This document shows, one piece after another, positions 8,947 to 19,187 of a DNA stretch of 64,000 bases. The notes beneath the pieces are model-generated. The model worked only from the letters and a program-made list of their open reading frames with translations. It was not told the DNA's origin and did not search any database. A program made the translations under genes and the position numbers. The stretch covers positions 1,176-65,175 of the forward strand of contig JBEKPR010000024.1 of the NCBI GenBank assembly GCA_049520555.1, given 5' to 3'. Numbering within the stretch: the first letter of the stretch is position 1; each line of letters opens with the position of its first letter. Source of the stretch: Candidatus Korobacteraceae bacterium. Lineage in GTDB: Bacteria > Acidobacteriota > Terriglobia > Terriglobales > Acidobacteriaceae.

Positions 8947-9010
8947 CTTTGGCGATGGGTAAGTAAAGTAAGATTATCGTAACTATCTTACATGTAAGAA
9001 AATCTGCATA
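8947..9010. promoter_or_regulatory. candidate operator: clustered CTTAC/GTAAG half-sites including a perfect 14-bp palindrome
   Basis: TTTTCTTAC (8947-8955) is inverted relative to GTAAGAAAA (9002-9010). TCTTACATGTAAGA (8995-9008) is a perfect palindrome. The cluster lies 25-85 nt upstream of the AbrB-like start. Confidence 0.4.
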
Positions 9011-9093
9011 GTATGCCGGATGCCTCCCAGGTTCGGCCTTCCGCACACTGCGCTTCGTGAATCGCTCTTTCAGCCTCGCTTGGTACCAAGCGT

Positions 9094-9852
9094 TTATTTT
9101 GCACCGGCAGCCGCGTGCGCTTTTGCCACCTTCGACACTTTTCTCTTTCGCTTATGGCGGAAGGTGCTGCGATGTCCGCGACGATCTTCCTGCTGGAAGC
9201 GGACCTTCTTGGCCTTCGAACCCCACTCTGTCTCCTCTTTGCCACGGGTCCAATAGCTCTGGTAGCCGCCTTCGTGCAAATCGAACGGCTTATCCAGTAC
9301 CTCCATGTGGTCGAAACGCGTCGATCCTTTCTTGTGGAAGGTCTCGAAGTATGAGGGATACACGAAATCGGTCATGGCGATTCCGTCCACTTTGAAGAAC
9401 AGCTCCTCCACCGGGTCGGCCACTTCGTAGTCATACAGGCGGTTCTTCTTGGGGCCGGTGGAGTAGAGGTTGGCGGCGGGATCGACCAGCATCTCAGCCA
9501 GCTCGTGGGAGGCGGCGACGCTCACCTGGTCCTTCTGCTTCAGTATGTTCTTGACGAACACCTTCGACATCGGCAGTCCCTCGGGAGTCACGTCGTGATA
9601 GCCCTCCAGGTCGCCGTCTTTCGCACTGTCGAGAAACGCCATGGCCCACGCGCCCTTGAGGAAGCCGGTGGACTTCACCAGTTCGGCGGGCGTTCCCCAG
9701 ACCGGCGCAAAGTGCTCGTCCACGAATTTCTGCATGGCGGCGATGAGGGCATCGAAGTCCACGCCCATGTCGGTCTTGGCGTTATTGAAGCACGCGATTC
9801 TGGGCACGCGATTCTTGTACGAAAATGGATGCATGGATGACTTGTCTGGCAT
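9094..9852 (-). CDS. hypothetical protein with HELAEM motif and Lys/Arg-rich C-terminal tail
   Basis: ATG at 9852 is preceded by GGGAGGA. The 252-aa protein contains ASHELAEMLVDP and ends in HKRKRKVSKVAKAHAAAGAK. I recognise no family. Confidence 0.55.
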   Translation of the reverse strand: MPDKSSMHPFSYKNRVPRIACFNNAKTDMGVDFDALIAAMQKFVDEHFAPVWGTPAELVKSTGFLKGAWAMAFLDSAKDGDLEGYHDVTPEGLPMSKVFVKNILKQKDQVSVAASHELAEMLVDPAANLYSTGPKKNRLYDYEVADPVEELFFKVDGIAMTDFVYPSYFETFHKKGSTRFDHMEVLDKPFDLHEGGYQSYWTRGKEETEWGSKAKKVRFQQEDRRGHRSTFRHKRKRKVSKVAKAHAAAGAK

Positions 9853-10142
9853 GGATTCATTCCTCCCGATATATTCAATTTCCTGTTTTGTTTTCTGCGA
9901 GGCAGTATACCCGATTCGCAATGCCGGAACGGCGGGTGCGCAAGCTCAGGGTAATTGCGCAGGCCGACTGCGATTCTCCGGTCTGCAGTTCACGATTGAG
10001 GTTGCATGACCGGGCAAATAGCCACCCTTTGACAAATAGCCATCTGGACACCACGCGCACTAAGAAAGATTGCAACCTTTTACCTGGCGACTGCCATCAT
10101 CAATAGCAATCTGCCCACTTGGCGTATGGATGATCGATAAAT

Positions 10143-11585
10143 TTGCCGATTGGCCCAGGGTGCGATACCGTTTCAACTGAATTGACTCGACGATTCCGCA
10201 AGACGATTCTCGTTGTAGGAGCCGGCAGCGCGCTGCTCTGTGTGAGCGTTTGGTTTTTGCTCCGTGAGGCACGGGGTATTCGAGTGGGCACTGGCGTTGT
10301 CAGCCAAATACTATGCTCCGGCGTGTTCGTGTCTGGTCTGGACCCGGATTTACTCTACGCGGAGGCCGTCAAGCCGATTCCAGGCCAGACTCTCCTCGCG
10401 AAGCGCCTCAGATATAACGTCGACAAAGCAGCACGACAAATCACCACCACTTGGGCGGGAGCGTTTAAGAGCAGTGCCGTTTATCGCGATGGATTCGGCT
10501 GCATGCTGCTGCACGGTGACGAACCGAAAGACGCTGGGATCGGCGTAACCCCTGTCAGCGCGACGGGGGTGCTGTCAGCGGCGGAGCCAGCAACACGGCT
10601 GGAAGTCCAGCCACCCTCGCCCAAGCTCGAACTAGCTTTGAATCGCGCTTTTGCCGAACCGAGTCACCCACCGTATAGCCGGGTCAAGGCCGTCGTCATT
10701 CTGCACGACGGAAAGCTCGTCGCGGAACGCTATGCGCCTGGTTACAGCGCCGACACGCCGATCCTCGGATACTCCTTAGCCAAATCCGTCACCAATGCGC
10801 TCATCGGAATTCTCGTCAGGCAGAAGAAACTGTCCGTAGAACAGCGCGCACCCGTCCCCGAATGGAATAATCCTTCCGACCCTCGCCATAACATTACGAT
10901 TGACCAGCTTCTGCGCATGACATCGGGCCTCGCTCTTGAGGAATCCGACACCGGTTTCGATCCTGTTTCGCGCATGCTGTTCCTCGAGTCGGACATGGCG
11001 AGGTACGCCGAGCACGCCCCTCTTCAGGCCGCTCCCGGCAGCGCGTGGGATTACACCAGTGGCAACACGTTAATCCTGTCACGAATCGTCCGAGACGCTG
11101 TGGGCGGTCGCGCGCAGGATGTCGTTGAGTTCGCCCGGAAAGAACTGTTCGAACCGCTTGGCATCACCACGGCGACGATCGAGTTCGACGCGACCGGCAC
11201 TCCCGTGGGATGTACCTACGTACTTGCCTCAGCGCGCGACTGGGCGCGCCTCGGTATGCTTTATCTCAATGATGGCGTCGTCAACGGACGGCGCATTCTG
11301 CCTGAGGGATGGGTGAACTACTCAGCCGCACCAACGCTGGACACCGACTACGGCGCTGGATTCTGGACGAATCGTGGTTCTCACGGGAACGCTGAGGCGC
11401 GAATACGCGCCGGCATGCCTGAGGACTCCTTCTATGGCTCCGGTAACCTCGGACAACGCATCGTTATTATTCCTTCGGCAGGCCTGGTTATCGTCAGACT
11501 TGGCTTGACGCATAGCCCCGACTTCGACATCAAAGGGCTCCTCCGACTTGTTGCGGATACGTCTTCAGCCCTCAAGGGTCCGTAG
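10143..11585 (+). CDS. serine hydrolase / beta-lactamase-family protein
   Basis: 480 aa with an N-terminal TM segment. SxxK motif YSLAKSVT is present, plus typical class-C/esterase-like blocks (LLRMTSGL, WDYTSGNT). The start is uncertain: TTG at 10143 or 10182. Confidence 0.8.
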   Translation: MPIGPGCDTVSTELTRRFRKTILVVGAGSALLCVSVWFLLREARGIRVGTGVVSQILCSGVFVSGLDPDLLYAEAVKPIPGQTLLAKRLRYNVDKAARQITTTWAGAFKSSAVYRDGFGCMLLHGDEPKDAGIGVTPVSATGVLSAAEPATRLEVQPPSPKLELALNRAFAEPSHPPYSRVKAVVILHDGKLVAERYAPGYSADTPILGYSLAKSVTNALIGILVRQKKLSVEQRAPVPEWNNPSDPRHNITIDQLLRMTSGLALEESDTGFDPVSRMLFLESDMARYAEHAPLQAAPGSAWDYTSGNTLILSRIVRDAVGGRAQDVVEFARKELFEPLGITTATIEFDATGTPVGCTYVLASARDWARLGMLYLNDGVVNGRRILPEGWVNYSAAPTLDTDYGAGFWTNRGSHGNAEARIRAGMPEDSFYGSGNLGQRIVIIPSAGLVIVRLGLTHSPDFDIKGLLRLVADTSSALKGP

Positions 11586-11677
11586 GTTCAGCTACCGGCC
11601 TGAACCCATAGTCTCTCGCTTCTCACAAGCCGGTTTCGGGCCAACGTCAGCCCGAATAAGTGAGATAATCCCCTGCC

Positions 11678-14323
11678 ATGGCGGTTGCTGCGGGCACGAA
11701 ACTAGGACCGTACGAGATACTAGGTCCGCTTGGCGCTGGCGGCATGGGCGAGGTTTATCGCGCGCGCGACCCGCGGCTCGGCCGCGAAGTTGCTATCAAA
11801 GTCTTGCCTGCGGGTTACTCCACCGATTCTGAGCGTCTCCGGCGTTTTGAACAAGAAGCACGCGCGACCGCCGCGCTGAACCATCCCAACATCCTGACGG
11901 TGTTCGATGTCGCCCGGCAAGACGAATCTCCTTAAATCGTCTCGGAACTGCTCGAGGGCGAGATGCTGCGTGCCAAGCTGCACGGCGGCGAATTGCCGGT
12001 GAAGAAAGCCATCGACTACGCCTTGCAGATTATCCGCGGGTTGGTTGCGGCCCACGAGCGCGGCATCTTTCATCGCGATCTCAAGCCCGAAAACATTTTC
12101 GTCACCCGCACCGGCCAGGTCAAAATCCTGGACTTCGGCCTGGCGAAACTTGCGATGCCTGAGTCCGAAGGCGCCGGCGGCCTTTCCACAACGCTCGCGA
12201 TCGAGACTAAAACTGCCGACGGCGTACTTCTGGGAACCATGGGCTACATGTCGCCCGAGCAGTTGCGGGGGCACCCCCGCGACGCCCACAGCGACTTGTT
12301 CAGTTTTGGCGTCGTGCTCTATGAGATGCTGAGCGGAAGGAGGGCCTTTCATGGCAAAACCAGTGCGGACACAATCAGCGCCATCCTGAAAGAGGATCCT
12401 CCTGACTTATGACGATTGGCCGTGATGTGCCACCGATGTTGGAGCGCATCGTTCGGCACTGCTTGGAGAAGGATCCGCCAGCGCGCTTCCAATCCGCTCG
12501 CGACGTGGAGTTCGCTCTGGAGTCGTTGTCGACAACATCTTCTTCTTCAGTACCCATAGTCACAACTGCCGGAAGTCACAAAATCTGGCTGGTTGCAGCG
12601 GCGCTGATTGCGGCACTCGTGCTATTAGTGGTGGGATTCGCTACCTGGACCGGCTTGGATCGCTCCCGGGCGGCGGTTCGGAATCCGCTTTCCGATGCGC
12701 AGTTCACACCCCTAACCAATCTCCAAGGAGCCGAAACAGACCCCGCAATCTCACCGGACGGGAAATTCGTGGCCTTCATCTCCGATCGGAGCGGCACCTT
12801 CGACATCTGGCTGATTCAAGCCAACGGTGGCAGCCTGGCCAATCTCACCCAAGGTCGTATCGGAGATGCGCGCGCGCCTGCGTGCCATCGGATTCTCAGG
12901 CGATGGATCGGAGGTGTGGAGCGCCGGGACGCCAGAGCGGAGGCTGATGCTTTGGCCGCTGATGGGCGGTGCGCCGCACAATTTCCTGGATGAACGCGCT
13001 GCCGAGGTTGCGTGGTCGCCCGACGGCACCCGCTTGGTCTATCACACTTGGGGACCGGGCGACCCAACGTTTGTGGCGGATTACAACGGCGCGATTCAAC
13101 GGCAGATCGTACAGAACGAGCCTGGATTGCACAACCACTATCCGGTTTGGTCGAAGGATGGCCTCTGGATCTACTTTGTGCGCGGCAGGCCAGCCACACG
13201 TGAGATGGACCTGTGGCGCATTCCGCCGGGCGGGGGAGAAGCGGAACAACTCACCCATCTCAACACCGATGTCGCCTACCCAACTCCGATCAACGAGCGA
13301 ACCGTTCTGTTCGTCGCCCACAACGAAGACGGGGCCGGCCCATGGCTGTGGGCGTTCGACGCAGAGACTGGAACTTCACGCCGTGTGAGCGAGGGTCTGG
13401 AACAATACGCGGCTTTGGCAGCCACGGCAAATGGCCAGCGCCTTGCCGCGAATGTTGTGAACCCTACGGTCAATTTGTGGAGCATTCCCATTACCGGCAG
13501 CGTCGCCGAAGAGGGACAGGTCGAGGCCGTCCCATTACCCACCGTGCGCGCCCAGGCGCCGCGATTCGGAGGCGGGTCCCTGTTCTACTTGTCTTCGCGG
13601 GATGGGGCTGATGGACTCTGGGGCTTTCGCAATGGGCAAGCGCTGGAAATCTGGAAAGGTGCGGAAGGGGCGTTTCACTCGCCTCCGGCCGTCTCGGCAG
13701 ATGGGAAGCGGATTGCATTTGCGCTGCGACGGAATGGCAAGCAACAGATGCACGTAATGGCGGCGGACGGAACACAACTCTATCCTCTGTCGCAAGATGT
13801 CGACATTCGGGGCACAGGGTCCTGGTCTCCCGACGGCCAATGGATTGTCACGGATGGCAGCGATCACCAGGGAGCGGGCCTGTTCAAGCTACCTGTCAAC
13901 GGAGGCTCGCCGGTACGGGTAGCGACAGGACGATTCCTTGATCCGGTGTGGTCTCCCCGCGGAGACCTGATCGTGTATTGCGGCACTCAAGTGTTCACGG
14001 TCGCACCGCTGCTCGCGGTGCATCCGGATGGTACGCCCGCGAAGCTGCCGGAAATCAAGGTGCAGCGCGAAGGTGACCGTGCGCGCTTCATGCCTGATGG
14101 CTCAGGCCTGATTTACATGCAAAGCAGTACCTTGGCGGGGCAGGATTTCTGGCTGCTTGACCTTGGCACCATGCAGTCGCGACGCTTGACTCGGTTGAAC
14201 AATCCCGCCGTAATGCGGGCCTTTGACATCACTCCGGATGGCAGCAGGATCGTATTCGACCGCCTGGAGGAAAATTCAGAGATCCTGCTCATTGATCTTG
14301 GGACAAAGCAAGCTCGGCCCTAG
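11678..14323 (+). pseudogene. Ser/Thr kinase fused to a TolB/PD40-like beta-propeller, disrupted
   Basis: Four consecutive ORFs (11678, 11963, 12409, 12827) together give kinase motifs ([32 protein letters not shown]), a TM segment and repeated WSPDG blocks. They are broken by an in-frame TAA at 11933-11935 and frame changes near 12405 and 12830-12900. Confidence 0.75.
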
Positions 14324-14920
14324 CAGGTTAAAGAGAATCCTGGTGGTTCGCTCGGCCAGACAAATGTCAGCTGCTGACGAATGCGAATGCTGCTTCCTCT
14401 TCAGTTGGCGAATAAATCGTCGCCTCGGGAACTGCGATAGCTGAGGCTGGCCGACCTGGGCATCTGACCGTCAAGAGCATTGTCTCCGAGTGACCGGGGA
14501 CTCTGAATGTACGGCCAGGATGGACTCCTGTCGACGAGCGCTAGAAGTCTGCTTCGAGGAAGCGTCATGCTGCTGAATGTTCGAGCTTCGATCTCCTCGA
14601 ACCCCGTCCATAGGTTGTGAGCCGATTCCCGCGTAGTCAATCAAATCATAAACAACCTGTCCCTTTAGTAACTGCCGACGTTCAGGGCTTGATCGATTCG
14701 TCAGACGAACTCCGCCACATAGAAATTGGCTGATTCACTTACACTCGGCTATATACTCTGTCTGCTGAGGAAACCACTTCTGATACGGACTTGGACATAG
14801 GCAGCGGTCTGCGCGTCGGACCAGGTGTGTTGTCTTGGTGTACTTGAGCCCAGCCAGCCGCGCGGTGATCACGAATCCTGTTCATAGGGTCCCTGAGTTG
14901 ATATTCTGCGGAATGACCCA

Positions 14921-15760
14921 ATGCGGCAGCAGGCGGTTCGCGTGATGTGGGCCAAGCTGCGCGCGCTGGAGCGCTTTCGTCCGCTGCAACTCGTCACGCT
15001 GACAGCGCTGTTGGCCGCGATCGGGTTACTTTGTTTCAGGCACAAGTTATCCGTTCTTGGAGCGGACATCTGGTGGCACCTGAAGGTGGGTGACTGGATC
15101 GTTCAGCACGGCGCATTCCCGCACAATGGGATCCTGTCACGAACTGCGGCCGGTCGCCCCTGGGCAGCTTACAGCTGGGGATACGAGGTCCTGCTCTCGC
15201 GTGCCTATGCCTGGTTCGGTCTGGTAGGGATCGGCATTTGTGGCACAGCGTTGGCCCTGATGGTTGCGTTCAGTGTCTTCTGGATGACCCGCCGGTTGTC
15301 AGGACGGTTCTGGCTGGCCTGCCTGCTGGCAGCGGTCTGCTGCTACGCGTTTCTATTACTGAGGATCGCGCCGCGGCCAGGATTTTTCTCGATCGCGTTC
15401 TTTTGCGTCGTGCTGACGCTGGTACTGGAGGCTAACCGCACCGGGCGCGCGCAGAAATTGTACTGGTTGCCGTTGGTGTTCTTGTTCTGGGCCAATCTGC
15501 ATATTCAATTCATCTATGGGCTGTCTGTCCTGGGACTGCTGCTCGCGGTGAACATTGCCCAGCAGGTTGGAGAGCGTATGGGGATTGGGCCGAGCTACCT
15601 TGTGCCCCGTTCGCTTCCGACCGCTCAGGTGGCGATTGTCCTTGTCGCTTGTGTGCTGGCGACCATGATTGGGCCTTATTCGTATCATCTGTACGGTGTG
15701 ATCTTCCGGTATTCGCAGGCCAAGGTCGGTGTTTGTGCGGCGGTGAGAACGACCGCATAA
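14921..15760 (+). pseudogene. truncated paralog (N-terminal ~280 aa) of the membrane-TPR protein at 59184-61502
   Basis: It shares blocks with the 772-aa protein: D(I/L)xW(H/Q)LxxGxW, GxPW, TGRAQKLYWLPL versus TGQARLWLLPL, and WANLH versus WVNLH. It ends after 279 aa and has no TPR part. Confidence 0.5.
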
Positions 15761-15994
15761 GATGCGTCGATTCCGAGCTACCCATCTGGAGACAAGCTAA
15801 CATCCGATACGCTAAGGCTGCGCGTGAGTGGTGGATCGGAATCGGCGATTGCGCGGAGAAGGGCAGACGGTTTCGCGTGCCAGTTGGCGCATGACGGGCA
15901 ACCCAAAACGTATCCAAAGCGAGAGCTGGATTGGTGGTTCACGCCCGACAAGACAAGCAGTTCCCCAGAAGTCCGGTTCTGGTCCACAACCCGC

Positions 15995-16947
15995 TCAGGT
16001 GCCTTCTACTTCAAGTCCGAGGTTGTCGTTCACCGCTTGGCTGAGTTTCTGTTTGCATCCGAGATAGCGTTCCGTTGTTTGAACCGAGGCGTGACCCAGT
16101 AGAAACTGAATCTGTTCAAGTTCTCCGCCCGCCAAATGGCATGACCGTGCACAGGTTCGGCGCAAGTCGTGAGGAGCAAGGTCCTTGATGCCGGCACCCT
16201 TCGCGGCCCCTTTCACGATGTGCCATATTGCCTTGGGCGTGATTCCATCACCCCAGATCTTCCCCAGCCGACTTACTCGCGGGCAGATCGTGCCACCACC
16301 AATGCCAGCCGCCGTGGTCCACTCATCGACGGCGCGTTTCGCCCACACTGGAACCGGAAGTGTGCGGATGTGTTTTCCTTTACCGATGAGGTCAGCAATT
16401 ACCCAGTGCTCCTCGCGGACCTGGAAATCTTTGGTTCCGAGTCCCACCAGTTCGGCCCGTCGTAGTCCGCAACCAATGAGCAGCGCCAGAATCGCGTAAT
16501 CACGTTTGCCTCGAAGGCTGCCTGATGGTAATCCGCCGAGCAAGGTCTTGGACTGTTCGACGGTCAACCAGTTGCCACAATACGAACGCCAAGTCGCTTC
16601 GCCCCTTTGACGCGGCGGATTCCCGCAGCCAGTTCAGGGCTCAGAAGACCAGCGTCGGACGCTTCATAGGCGAGCCGCCTCACGGCGGCCAAGCGGACGT
16701 TGATGGTGGACGGTGCGAGGTTCTTCTGTTCGAGAAAGAAGCGGTAGCGAAGTACAACAGTTCGGTTGAAGGCCAAACGCGGTTCCGAACAATACCAGCC
16801 GATGAACTCGTCGATGGCATGACCGTATGACTCTTGCGAACTGGCCGATGCGAGCGAGTGAAGAACCGCAACCTTCGACTGCTCTAAATCGGGCAGGCGA
16901 AGTACTGTTTTAGCCTTGGAGCGTTTCGAAGTCTTCCGATGTGCCAT
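15995..16947 (-). pseudogene. tyrosine recombinase/integrase, frameshifted
   Basis: ORF 16564..16947 is the SAM-like N-domain and ORF 15995..16567 is the catalytic domain (LRRAEL, HDLRRTCA, LLGHASVQTTERY). The join reads GVRIVATG* where one nt fewer would give GVRIGNWLTVEQ. Confidence 0.75.
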
Positions 16948-17139
16948 ACTGGCGGCCTCCCACGCCGCGGACAGTATGGTCGTTCAGTTGGAGGCTGATG
17001 GCCCAGAAGCCGGTTTCGGGCCTATGTGACAAGCGAACGCTGCTCGGAGCATTATGCCCGGTCCTTGCCGCCGAGGGCATCGTGGACGGCGTATTGCAGC
17101 TTCTGCCAGTTGACGTAATCATCGATTCCAGAGCATCCC

Positions 17140-18657
17140 CTATCGGGACTTCTCACAGCACTCATAGATCGAGGTCTGACCCACTATCCGCGCGAGGCGA
17201 TAGCCATAGGCGTGCAACATGGTTATGCAGGCAGAATTCTCCGGACCGCCAACAAAAGTTCCCTGATTCCCTACCACGGCAAAGCGCGGCCCATGCCTCG
17301 CAAAGGCAGCGTTGATCTCCGGATCGTAAAACAGATGATACTTCTGCCGCTTCTCAGCGGTGAACCTTCCCGACACGTTCCCACCAAAATCGTTTTCAAA
17401 CCCTGGGTACGGATCCGCCCAGGACACGAAAATATATCCTGGCCAAAAACTGGCGACCTTCTCTCCGGGCGACACGAGCTGGTCAATGGCAAGCGAGACG
17501 GCGGTCACCTGTTCCAGCGTCCAGTTTGGCGCCGCACCGAAGATACCAGGCACCTCGCGGCCGGTAAATAAGTACTCTTGAAAATTCAGGAATGCGAATC
17601 CCACGAAGCTTGCCAGTAACAGGACGCAAGCTGCACCGGCCAGGCGCAGCGCAAGCCGCGATTGCAAGCTAATCACGTAGTCGCTGCCCAGGCATACCGC
17701 AGCCACAATCAGGAACGGCACGATCATACAGAAGTACTGCAGCGATCCAGGTGTGGGCAAAAGAGAAATTGTGCCCAGCAGGAAAGCGATCAGGAAGGCC
17801 AGCAGCGATGCGGCTGTGCGCGTCCGCCGCAGCAAGATTAAGCCGGCGGCGCAGCTTGCGGATAGGATGCTGAACTGAAAACCAGTATGAGAGCCAGTGA
17901 ACAGCAGCCAGACAATCTTGGCTTTGTTGTGCCAATCTCCAATCAGGCCGGCGCCGGAGCGCATCGCATGGTATCCCAGGTTATCAAACAGGTAAGCGTC
18001 CGGCGATGCGAAGAACAGAGCCAGCGACGGCCCAATGCCGACCGCGAAGCCGCCCAGAAACCACAGCAGATGAGCAGCCCGGCGGCTGTTCCCGCGCCAG
18101 ATCCACCACAGAAACACGGGAGCGATACCGACGACGTAAGAACGAGTATCAACGCTCAAGCCGAAGAAGAGGCCCGCCATCGCTGGCAGCCATCCCGGCG
18201 ACGACGCTGGGAGCCGGGTGAGAATGACGTAGGCCAGGAAAAGACAAAGCGTCGCCAGGGCGAAAGTCTTCACAAGGGGAAACCACGCGAAAACCAGACT
18301 GCTGGAGGCGAACAAAACTGCGGCCGCAAGCCCAGCCGCCCACTTACCGGTCTCGCGGCAGACGAGGCTGTACATTAGTCCGCCGAGAATCGCGGTCAGC
18401 AACGCAGAAAACACGCGCGCCGAAAACCACGATATTTCAGCGAGCTTCAACCATACAGCGTAGACATAGGGCAGCAGAGGTGCTTGGGGGAAAAAGAAAT
18501 CCAGATAAGGGGTTTTGTGCTGAAGTACCAGGCGCGCAGCCAGCGAGTAATAGCCTTCGTCGGCATCAATGAGCCGATGTTGCGAAACGAACCAGAAAAA
18601 ACCAGCCTGGAGGAGAAAGACGGGAATGAACAAGAGCTTGCATGTTCGAGTCATCAC
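17140..18657 (-). CDS. GT39/ArnT-like membrane glycosyltransferase
   Basis: 505 aa, polytopic. The first-loop motif LIDADEGYYSLAARL is typical of ArnT/PMT-type (GT-C) transferases. Confidence 0.7.
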   Translation of the reverse strand: MMTRTCKLLFIPVFLLQAGFFWFVSQHRLIDADEGYYSLAARLVLQHKTPYLDFFFPQAPLLPYVYAVWLKLAEISWFSARVFSALLTAILGGLMYSLVCRETGKWAAGLAAAVLFASSSLVFAWFPLVKTFALATLCLFLAYVILTRLPASSPGWLPAMAGLFFGLSVDTRSYVVGIAPVFLWWIWRGNSRRAAHLLWFLGGFAVGIGPSLALFFASPDAYLFDNLGYHAMRSGAGLIGDWHNKAKIVWLLFTGSHTGFQFSILSASCAAGLILLRRTRTAASLLAFLIAFLLGTISLLPTPGSLQYFCMIVPFLIVAAVCLGSDYVISLQSRLALRLAGAACVLLLASFVGFAFLNFQEYLFTGREVPGIFGAAPNWTLEQVTAVSLAIDQLVSPGEKVASFWPGYIFVSWADPYPGFENDFGGNVSGRFTAEKRQKYHLFYDPEINAAFARHGPRFAVVGNQGTFVGGPENSACITMLHAYGYRLARIVGQTSIYECCEKSR

Positions 18658-18743
18658 CTCCTCCAGGGAAGTGGAAGTCCGAGCTCCGCAATAGCACCGG
18701 ATATTGGCGCAATGATCTTACAGTCGCGGCGGGACGGTTGCCA

Positions 18744-18775
18744 GTGATCCGTGTCACGCGTGATCCGTGTCACGG
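18744..18775. repeat. tandem 16-bp duplication GTGATCCGTGTCACG(C/G)
   Basis: Units at 18744-18759 and 18760-18775. Each contains GTGA-N6-TCAC dyad symmetry. The pair lies 90-120 nt upstream of the glycosyltransferase start. Confidence 0.6.
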
Positions 18776-18912
18776 GTGTGAACAGCATTGGTAAATCGAT
18801 GTTTTGCCCACCATTCGCACAGGCTGTAGCCGTAGTTGCGCACCACTTCTACGCCGGCAGAATAGCTTGGACCGCCGCTCGCCGGCGCAGACCAACACCG
18901 TAATCTGCGGTT
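18770..18912 (-). pseudogene. C-terminal remnant of a second GT39-like paralog
   Basis: Hand translation of the minus strand gives ...VRMVGKTSIYQCCSHP*, compared with the intact gene's end ...ARIVGQTSIYECCEKSR*. Upstream, GGPSYSAGVEVVRNYGYSL appears in another frame, compared with GGPENSACITMLHAYGYRL. Confidence 0.4.
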
Positions 18913-19187
18913 AAACAGCGACCCGCGCCGAAAGCCGGCTCCGGAAGTTGTCCCGGAGTCGGCTTCGAGGAAGTGTGCTGCTGCTGAACGCTGCTCGCGC
19001 TCTGATCTCCCAGAACTCCGTTTCAGGAGCCGCGAGACGAGCGGCCACTTCGCCGGTCATTTTGACCGGGCCGGATCGGTTGTGAGTTGGGTGGTATCGA
19101 CATTGGTCATGCAGAGATGGAACTCCGCTCTGCATATTCATTTTTGGCCGCTGTCCAGATCGCGGTGTACGCGGCAAGAATGTCCTC

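Noticed and set aside
10018-10052. Direct repeat CAAATAGCCA x2 around a TTGACA hexamer upstream of the serine hydrolase
   Set aside because: It is only 10 nt long and has no matching -10 box at proper spacing. That is too weak to call a regulatory site.
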